This document shows, piece by piece, positions 57,316 through 64,000 of a DNA stretch of 64,000 bases. The stretch comes from Alphaproteobacteria bacterium (GTDB taxonomy: Bacteria > Pseudomonadota > Alphaproteobacteria > UBA828). A model generated the notes under the pieces. It was not told where the DNA came from. It ran no database searches and worked only from the letters and a program-made list of their open reading frames with translations. The stretch covers positions 2,176,001 through 2,240,000 of the forward strand of contig CBDCCI010000002.1 in the NCBI GenBank assembly GCA_965214705.1, given 5' to 3'. Position 1 is the first letter of the stretch. Every line of letters starts with the position of its first letter. A program made the position numbers and the translations under genes.

Positions 57316-59394
57316 ATGGCCGCTGCGCCCCCGCCCGGCGACTACCGGGTCTGTATCGATATCGGCGGCACCTTTACCGACTGTGTCGTCTCGGACCCGG
57401 ACCAGCGCCTCCGCATCTTCAAGACGCCGTCCACCCCCGCCGCGTTCGAGCAGGGGTTCATGAACGCGCTCGGCCTCGCGGCCGAGGGCTACGGGCTTGG
57501 CCTCTCTGATTTCATGGCGCGGGTGGCGCGCATCGTCCACGGCACCACGGTCTCCACCAACGCGCTGCTGGAGGGTAAGCACGCGAGCGTCGGGCTGATC
57601 TGCACCCACGGCTTTCGCGATATCCTCACGCTGCGCGAAGCGCCCCGCAAGCCGCCGTTCCAGTGGCGCCTCACCTACCCCGAGCCCTTCGTGCCCCGGA
57701 TCCGGACCCGCGGCGTGCGCGGGCGGATCGACGCCACCGGCGCGGAACACACGGCGCTGCAGGAAGACGACGTGCGCGCGGCGGTCGAGGATTTCCGCAA
57801 GCTCGGCGTGGAGGCGGTCGCGGTCTGCCTGCTCTGGTCGGTGGTAAACGGCAGCCACGAGCGGCGCGTGGGCGAGATCGTGCGCGACGCCTGGCCCAAT
57901 GTTCCGGTGACCCTCAGCCACCGGCTCAACCCAATCGCCCGCGAATACCGCCGCGCGGTCTCCGCCGCCATCGACGCCGCGTTGCGCCCGGTGGTGAGCG
58001 CCTACGTCCACGCGCTCGACCGGGGCCTGCGCGAGGGCGGCTACGCCAACGAGCTGATGATCGCGAATTGCCTGGGCGGCATGATGCCGCCGGACGATAT
58101 CGCCGAGCGGCCGATCTACAGCGTCATGTCGGGGCCGACGCTGGCGCCGGTCGCGGCGCGCAAGCTCGCAGACGCGCCCGATCTCGTGGTGGTCGACATG
58201 GGCGGCACCTCGTTCGATGTCTCGGCTGTGCGCGACGGCCAGCTCGTGATCTCGCCCGAGGCGATGCTGACCGAGTTCGACATGCTGGGCATCCCCAAGG
58301 TGGACGTGCGCTCGGTGGGCGCCGGCGGCGGCTCCATCGCCCATGTCGATGCCGGCGGTCTGCTCCGCGTCGGGCCGGAGAGCGCGGGCGCCGACCCCGG
58401 CCCCGCCTGCTACGGCCTCGGCGGCACGCGGCCCACGGTCACCGACGCCGACGTGGTGCTCGGCATCATCGACCCCGAGTACTTCCTCGGCGGCAGGATG
58501 CGCCTCGACAAGCAGGCGGCGGAGCGGGCTGTGGGCACCATCGCCGATGCGCTCGGCATCGAGCTTGCGGCCGCCGCCCGCGCCATCGCCAGCACGGTCG
58601 ATCACACCATGATCGCCGCCATCGAGGACATCACCGTGCAGGAGGGGATCGACCCGCGCGAGAGCTACTTCGTGGCCGGCGGCGGCGCCACCGCCATCCA
58701 CATGGGCCAGATGGCGCGGGTGCTCGGCATCAGGGGCTACATGGTGCCGAAATTCTCCGCAGGGCTCAGCGCCTTCGGCGGCCTCATCTCCGACATCGTG
58801 TGGGAGGAGACCGCGACTCTGGTAACCGACGCCGTGCGCTTCGACGCAGACGGCGTCAACCGGGTGCTGGCCACGCTGGTGAAGCGGGGCCGCGCCTTCC
58901 TCGCCCGCGCAGGCATCGCCGAGGCCGACCAGCGCTTCGAGTACGCCTATCTCGGCCGCTACCAGTACCAGTCATGGGAGATCGAGGTACCGTTCGGAAC
59001 CACGGACGGCGCGCTCGCCGCCGATGACGTGGAAGGGCTCGCCGAGGGCTTCCACCGGATGCACGAGCGCATCTACACCATCAAGAACGAGAACGACCTG
59101 GTCGAGTTCACCACCTGGAAGGTGCGCGCCATTGGCCCGGCCGCCGCGGACCTCGCACCGGCAGAAGGCTCGGGGGCAGTGCAGGCGCCGGAGCCCCACG
59201 GCACGCGCCGGGTTCACCTGCCCGGCCGGGGCGCGCCCGAGGAAGTTCCGGTCTATCGCGGCAACGACCTCACGCCCGGTACGCGGGTCGTAGGCCCCGC
59301 CATCGTCGAGGAAGCCACCACCACCGTCCTCGTGCCCGAGGACGCCAACGCCGTCATCGACGCTCTCGGCAACTACCGCGTGACGCTGAACTGA
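57316..59394 (+). CDS. Hydantoinase A/oxoprolinase family protein
   Basis: DIGGTFTD, HGTTVSTN, DMGGTSFDV, VGPESAGADPGPACYG. Confidence 0.92.
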   Translation: MAAAPPPGDYRVCIDIGGTFTDCVVSDPDQRLRIFKTPSTPAAFEQGFMNALGLAAEGYGLGLSDFMARVARIVHGTTVSTNALLEGKHASVGLICTHGFRDILTLREAPRKPPFQWRLTYPEPFVPRIRTRGVRGRIDATGAEHTALQEDDVRAAVEDFRKLGVEAVAVCLLWSVVNGSHERRVGEIVRDAWPNVPVTLSHRLNPIAREYRRAVSAAIDAALRPVVSAYVHALDRGLREGGYANELMIANCLGGMMPPDDIAERPIYSVMSGPTLAPVAARKLADAPDLVVVDMGGTSFDVSAVRDGQLVISPEAMLTEFDMLGIPKVDVRSVGAGGGSIAHVDAGGLLRVGPESAGADPGPACYGLGGTRPTVTDADVVLGIIDPEYFLGGRMRLDKQAAERAVGTIADALGIELAAAARAIASTVDHTMIAAIEDITVQEGIDPRESYFVAGGGATAIHMGQMARVLGIRGYMVPKFSAGLSAFGGLISDIVWEETATLVTDAVRFDADGVNRVLATLVKRGRAFLARAGIAEADQRFEYAYLGRYQYQSWEIEVPFGTTDGALAADDVEGLAEGFHRMHERIYTIKNENDLVEFTTWKVRAIGPAAADLAPAEGSGAVQAPEPHGTRRVHLPGRGAPEEVPVYRGNDLTPGTRVVGPAIVEEATTTVLVPEDANAVIDALGNYRVTLN

Positions 59395-59404
59395 ACGGGT
59401 GAGG

Positions 59405-60235
59405 TCAGGGCTTCCGCCCGATCGCCTCGCCCCAGGCGAACGCAGCGAAGGCGCCGGGCTCCTTCACCCACTCCTCCAGGGATTGACGCCAGGCCTCGAA
59501 CTGCTCCTCGCTCGCGAGACCATGCTTGATGGCCGCTTCCATGGTCGTTGGCGCAAAGAACCAGCCGATGATCAAGCCCCGCAGAAACGCGAGGTCGTCG
59601 GCCGTGTTGTAGGGTTCGAAGGACGCGGTCGCGTGGATGTCCGTGAAACCGGCATCGAAGAGAGCGCGCTTCAGCTCCTTGCCCATCTGCGGGTGGCCGC
59701 CATTGGCCGCAAGCATCTTGAGGAACGTCGACCACCCGCTGATCCCCATTTCGAACGCCGGCTCGAAGAGTGATGAGTCGCCGATCACCTCCCGCGCGGC
59801 GAAGAGTCCGCCGGGCTTCAGCACGCGCTTGACCTCGGCGAGCACCGCCTGCGTGTCGGGGGCATGGTTGAGCAGGGCGTGGCAGTGGGCCACGTCGAAG
59901 GACGCGTCCTCGAAGGGAAGGTCGGTTGCATCGCCCACTTGAAAGACCGCTTTGCCGTGCCCGCCGGCCTTGGCGGCTGCGTTGGCCATCTCGATCTGGG
60001 AGGCCTCCATGTCGATGCCATGCAGCGCGCCGGGCGCGACGGCAGCCGCCAGCCCCACCGAAATCGTGCCAGGGCCGCAGCCGAGGTCGAGCAGGCGCAT
60101 GCCGGGTCTGAGGTATGGCAGCAGATGGGCGGCGCAGTCCGCCGCGTTCCTGCGCTCAAGCATTTTCTGGAATTCGGGGCCGTAGCCCATGGTGTAGGTG
60201 GGCGTGGACGCGCCCCTTGCGTCGTCGCGGCTCAT
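59405..60235 (-). CDS. Class I SAM-dependent methyltransferase
   Basis: LLDLGCGPG, LPFEDASFDV, RVLKPGG. Confidence 0.88.
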   Translation of the reverse strand: MSRDDARGASTPTYTMGYGPEFQKMLERRNAADCAAHLLPYLRPGMRLLDLGCGPGTISVGLAAAVAPGALHGIDMEASQIEMANAAAKAGGHGKAVFQVGDATDLPFEDASFDVAHCHALLNHAPDTQAVLAEVKRVLKPGGLFAAREVIGDSSLFEPAFEMGISGWSTFLKMLAANGGHPQMGKELKRALFDAGFTDIHATASFEPYNTADDLAFLRGLIIGWFFAPTTMEAAIKHGLASEEQFEAWRQSLEEWVKEPGAFAAFAWGEAIGRKP

Positions 60236-60354
60236 CGATGGCTCCCTGTCCGTGACTGTCGGCTTTACGGGCATACGGCGATTGCGCGACGCTGCGCAAG
60301 TGACGTGTCGCGGGTCGACGCGAAGGCGCCGTGACGGCGAAGGGAGAATTTTCC

Positions 60355-60786
60355 GTGGCAAAGACTTTGGAAGGCGCCTGTCATTGCGGCGCGATCGGCG
60401 TCGCGCTTGAGGTCGAGGACGACACCCCCCTCTCCCCGCGCCATTGCGGCTGCAGCTTCTGCCGGAAGCACGGCAGCCTCTACGTCTCGGCGCCGTCCGG
60501 CCGCCTCACGATCACGCTGGCCGAGACCGACCGCGTGAGCCGCTATGCCTTCGGCCACGAGACTGCGACCTTTCTCGTCTGCGGCCGCTGCGGCGTCATC
60601 GCCGCGGCGGTGTGCGAGATGGAGGGGCGCCTCTACTCGGTGCTGAACTCAAACCTGCTGGAGCCGCCGCTCGACGTGGACCGAGCGTCCGTCCCCATCG
60701 CCGACTACGAGGCGGAGGACGTGCCCGGCCGGCTCGCGCGGCGTAAGCAGCGCTGGATCAGCAACGTCACCATCGTCGAACGGTAG
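60355..60786 (+). CDS. GFA (CENP-V) family Zn-binding protein
   Basis: GACHCG, CGCSFCRKHG, CGRCG. Confidence 0.85.
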   Translation: MAKTLEGACHCGAIGVALEVEDDTPLSPRHCGCSFCRKHGSLYVSAPSGRLTITLAETDRVSRYAFGHETATFLVCGRCGVIAAAVCEMEGRLYSVLNSNLLEPPLDVDRASVPIADYEAEDVPGRLARRKQRWISNVTIVER

Positions 60787-60797
60787 CCCCGCTGGGA

Positions 60798-61619
60798 TCA
60801 GAGAGCTGAGAGGAACTCCGAAAGACTCTCGTTAAACCGCTCCGGATACTCCCAAAACATCATATGGCCGCCGAAGGCCTCGACGCGCGAATTGGGGCAG
60901 TGCTTGGCCAGGAACGGCTTGGCGGTCTCGGCCCAGTGATCGGCGACGTAGAAGATCGACGGAATGCTCGCGTCCACCTGCTTCGCCTCTTCCAGATAGT
61001 TCGCGAAGCATACGTCGGCGATGAGATTGGCGGCGATGAGCGGCGGCGTCGCGAGCGACTGCTCGACGATCCAGGCGGTCACCTCCGGCGACATCTCGCC
61101 CTCGATCATCACGTTGTCGGCGTACCAGATGACGACGCCGCGCTGCCCTTGCGCGGTCTGCACCCCCTGGAAGAACCCGGCGAGAGCGTCGATCGCCCCC
61201 TCGACCCAATCGCTCTTGTCGTAGCTCATGCCGAGCGGCGGCATGTCGATGGAGACGAGCGCGCGAATGCCGTCCGTGCCCCGGTTGCGGACATGGTGCC
61301 ACGCGGTCAGCGAGCCCGCAGACCAGCCTGCAATAACCGGATTCTCGACTTCGAGGTGTTCGAGAAGCGCGGCGAGATCGGCGGCTTGGGTGGCGTAGTT
61401 GTTGCCGTCGCTCGTGACGGTCGAGCGCCCGTGGCTGCGCGGGTCGAACGAGATCACCCTATAGCTGTCCGAGAAGGCGGCGAACTGGTGGTCGAAGACC
61501 CTGGTCGTGAAGGTCCAGCCGGGAATCAGGACCAGCGGCGGACCCTCCCCTTCGTCCTCGTAGTAGATGTCGACGCCGGGAGCGACTTCGACATAGGCAC
61601 CGACGCGTTGAGTGGCCAT
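60798..61619 (-). CDS. Alpha/beta hydrolase (non-heme haloperoxidase/arylesterase-like)
   Basis: LIPGW, DPRSHGRS, nucleophile GWSAG, GGHMMFWE.PERFN. Confidence 0.85.
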   Translation of the reverse strand: MATQRVGAYVEVAPGVDIYYEDEGEGPPLVLIPGWTFTTRVFDHQFAAFSDSYRVISFDPRSHGRSTVTSDGNNYATQAADLAALLEHLEVENPVIAGWSAGSLTAWHHVRNRGTDGIRALVSIDMPPLGMSYDKSDWVEGAIDALAGFFQGVQTAQGQRGVVIWYADNVMIEGEMSPEVTAWIVEQSLATPPLIAANLIADVCFANYLEEAKQVDASIPSIFYVADHWAETAKPFLAKHCPNSRVEAFGGHMMFWEYPERFNESLSEFLSAL

Positions 61620-61664
61620 GACACCCTCCTGCATGGGATCGATGAGCAGCGCTGCCGATATCGG

Positions 61665-62678
61665 CTAGCCGTTGCGATAGATGTAGCTGTAGCCGTTGAT
61701 GGCGGGCACGCCGCCGAGATGGGCGTAGAGAATCTTGGAGCCTGCCGGGAAGTACCCCTTCCGCACGAGATCGATCATGCCCTGCATGGATTTGCCCTCG
61801 TAGACCGGGTCGGTCATCAGCCCTTCCGTGCGGGCGGCGAGGCGGATGGCATCGTTAGTCTCGGCGGACGGCACGCCGTAGGCGGGATAGGCGTAGTCCT
61901 CAATGAGGACGAGATCGTCGTCGGTGATGGCGCGGCCGAGTTCCACCAGCGCCGCCGTGTTGCGGGCGATCTCCATCACCTGCGCGCGGGTCTGCGCCGG
62001 CGTCCCCGACGCGTCGATGCCGATGACCCTGTCGGCGCGGTCGTCCTTCGCGAAGCCGACCAGCATGCCGGCATGGGTCGAGCCGGTGACCGTGCAGACG
62101 ATGATGTAATCGAACCTGATGCCGAGCTCCGCCTCCTGCGCCCGCACCTCCTCGGCGAAGCCGACGTAGCCGAGCCCGCCGAACTTGTGTACCGAGGCGC
62201 CGGCGGGGATGGCATAGGGCTTGCCGCCCTTCGCCTTCACGTCCTCGAGCGCCCGCTCCCAGCTCTCCCGAATTCCGATGTCGAAGCCTTCGTCGACCAG
62301 CTCGATCTCCGCCCCCATCACGCGGCTCATCAGGATGTTTCCCACCCGGTCGTAGACGGCGTCCTCGAACGGCACCCAGCTCTCCTGCACCAGGCGGCAC
62401 TTCATGCCGAGCTTGGCGGCGACCGCCGCGACCTGCCGCGTATGGTTCGACTGCACCCCGCCGATGGTGACCAGGGTGTCGGCGTTGGACGCGATGGCGT
62501 CGGGCACGATGTATTCGAGCTTGCGGATTTTGTTGCCGCCGAAGGCGAGGCCCGAATTACAATCGTCGCGCTTGGCATAGAGCTCGACCGCGCCGCCCAG
62601 ATGCTCGGTGAGCCGCTCCAGCTTCTCGATGGCCGTCGGCCCGAAGGTCAGCGGGTAGCGTTCGAATTTCTCCAGCAT
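61665..62678 (-). CDS. acdS: 1-aminocyclopropane-1-carboxylate deaminase
   Basis: [40 protein letters not shown] (Glu) and HLGG (Leu), the residues that distinguish AcdS from D-cysteine desulfhydrase. Confidence 0.93.
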   Translation of the reverse strand: MLEKFERYPLTFGPTAIEKLERLTEHLGGAVELYAKRDDCNSGLAFGGNKIRKLEYIVPDAIASNADTLVTIGGVQSNHTRQVAAVAAKLGMKCRLVQESWVPFEDAVYDRVGNILMSRVMGAEIELVDEGFDIGIRESWERALEDVKAKGGKPYAIPAGASVHKFGGLGYVGFAEEVRAQEAELGIRFDYIIVCTVTGSTHAGMLVGFAKDDRADRVIGIDASGTPAQTRAQVMEIARNTAALVELGRAITDDDLVLIEDYAYPAYGVPSAETNDAIRLAARTEGLMTDPVYEGKSMQGMIDLVRKGYFPAGSKILYAHLGGVPAINGYSYIYRNG

Positions 62679-62839
62679 TGGGCTCTCCGCTCCCCTCCGG
62701 GTCCGTGCTCGCTCCGTCCGATGCCGCGTCCGCCGCGCTCATACGGCCGAAGAAAGGGACGATGGTATGATTTATCGAATGGGGTGACGCGCCGCAACGC
62801 GGCCCTGTTCCCTGGGTGGCAAGCATAGAGGCGTCGCTC

Positions 62840-64000
62840 GTGCCGGATCGTGAAGAGGACAGGCTGACCGGGCGGGTGCGCCGCTACGCGCGGGTCGGCA
62901 CCTCCGTGGGCGGCATCGCTGCGCGCATGGCGGGCCAGCGCTATCTTGGCCTGCCAGCCGACCGGGAGCGGAATGCCGAGGACCTGAGGCGTGCCCTCGG
63001 CGGCCTCAAGGGGCCGCTGATGAAGGTCGCGCAACTGCTGTCGACGATTCCCGGCGGCCTGCCGGACGAGTACGCCGACGCCCTCGGCGCCCTCCAGTCG
63101 CGGGCGCCAGCGATGGGCTGGGGCTTCGTCAAGCGGCGCATGGCCGCCGAGCTCGGCCCCGACTGGCGCTCCGCATTCGCTGACTTCGAGACGGAGGCGG
63201 TGGCCGCGGCCTCTCTCGGCCAGGTTCACCGCGCCACGGCGCACGACGGCACCGCGCTCGCCTGCAAGTTGCAATACCCGGACATGGCGTCCGCCGTGGC
63301 GGCCGACATCCGTCAGCTCAAGCTGATCTTCGCCGTCTATGCCCGCTACGATCCGGCCATCGACACCGGCGAGATCCACGCCGAGATCGCGGCGCGGCTG
63401 CGCGAAGAGCTCGACTACGAGCGCGAGGCCCGCCACATGGCCCTCTACGGCGAGATGCTGCGCGACGATCCCGGCGTTCACGTGCCGGTGGTGGACGCCG
63501 CCCTCTCGACGCGACGGCTGCTCACCATGAACTGGCTCGACGGCGCCCCGCTACTCGACTTCAAGGAGGCTCCGGCCGAGCAGCGTAACGACATCGCGCG
63601 CCACATGTTCGACGCCTGGTACGTGCCGCTGTACCGCTATGGCGTTCTCCACGGCGATCCGCATCTCGGCAACTACACGGTGCGCGAGGACGGCACGGTC
63701 AATCTCCTCGACTACGGCTGCATCCGCGTGTTCGAAAGCCGCTTCGTGCAAGGCATTATCGACCTCTACTACGCGGTGCGGGACGAGGACCGCGACCTCG
63801 CGGTGCACGCCTACGAGACATGGGGCTTCAGCGATCTCTCCAACGAGATGGTCGACGCGCTCAACATCTGGGCCAATTACATTTACGGGCCGCTGATCGA
63901 CGACCGCGCCCGGCTGATCGACGAATCGGGGAACGCACGCTACGGCGGCGCGGTCGCGGCCAAGACCCACCGGGAGATCCGGCGCCTCGGCGGCGTCACG
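62840..64000 (+). CDS. AarF/ABC1/UbiB family atypical kinase (runs off the window; not in the ORF track)
   Basis: GTG start, then LGGLKGPLMKVAQ, AAASLGQVH, ACKLQYP, EELDY, HGDPHLGNY, LLDYG. Confidence 0.88.
   Translation, partial: MPDREEDRLTGRVRRYARVGTSVGGIAARMAGQRYLGLPADRERNAEDLRRALGGLKGPLMKVAQLLSTIPGGLPDEYADALGALQSRAPAMGWGFVKRRMAAELGPDWRSAFADFETEAVAAASLGQVHRATAHDGTALACKLQYPDMASAVAADIRQLKLIFAVYARYDPAIDTGEIHAEIAARLREELDYEREARHMALYGEMLRDDPGVHVPVVDAALSTRRLLTMNWLDGAPLLDFKEAPAEQRNDIARHMFDAWYVPLYRYGVLHGDPHLGNYTVREDGTVNLLDYGCIRVFESRFVQGIIDLYYAVRDEDRDLAVHAYETWGFSDLSNEMVDALNIWANYIYGPLIDDRARLIDESGNARYGGAVAAKTHREIRRLGGVT

Overview
GC-rich, probably alphaproteobacterial chromosomal window (inferred from the ialB/def/COQ9/hemW/rdgB/rph gene set). 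Ordinary metabolic genes lie at both ends. Between about 9.4 and 45.6 kb there are 12 mobile elements covering roughly two thirds of the interval. The main structure (9418-20487) is a 2544-bp IS with a large DDE transposase. A copy of the same 1913-bp group II intron (intron A) is inserted at the outer edge of each of its terminal inverted repeats, pointing outward, and the whole unit sits inside an ATGTT direct repeat. The intron's putative EBS1/EBS2 loops are complementary to the IS inverted repeat, and one copy splits the transposase stop codon (TG|A). Each intron copy is itself invaded: the left by a second group II intron (twintron, with matching EBS/IBS), the right by an IS91-family element carrying a tyrosine recombinase. 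Also present are three IS1634 copies (one disrupting a 5'-nucleotidase), three IS1380 elements, an IS66 carrying a compact adenine methyltransferase, a low-GC di-heme/beta-propeller islet, a His-rich outer-membrane protein with a Zur-like box, a PEP mutase-nucleotidyltransferase fusion, two hydantoinase/oxoprolinase systems and acdS. All calls come from reading the sequence; no database searches were run.
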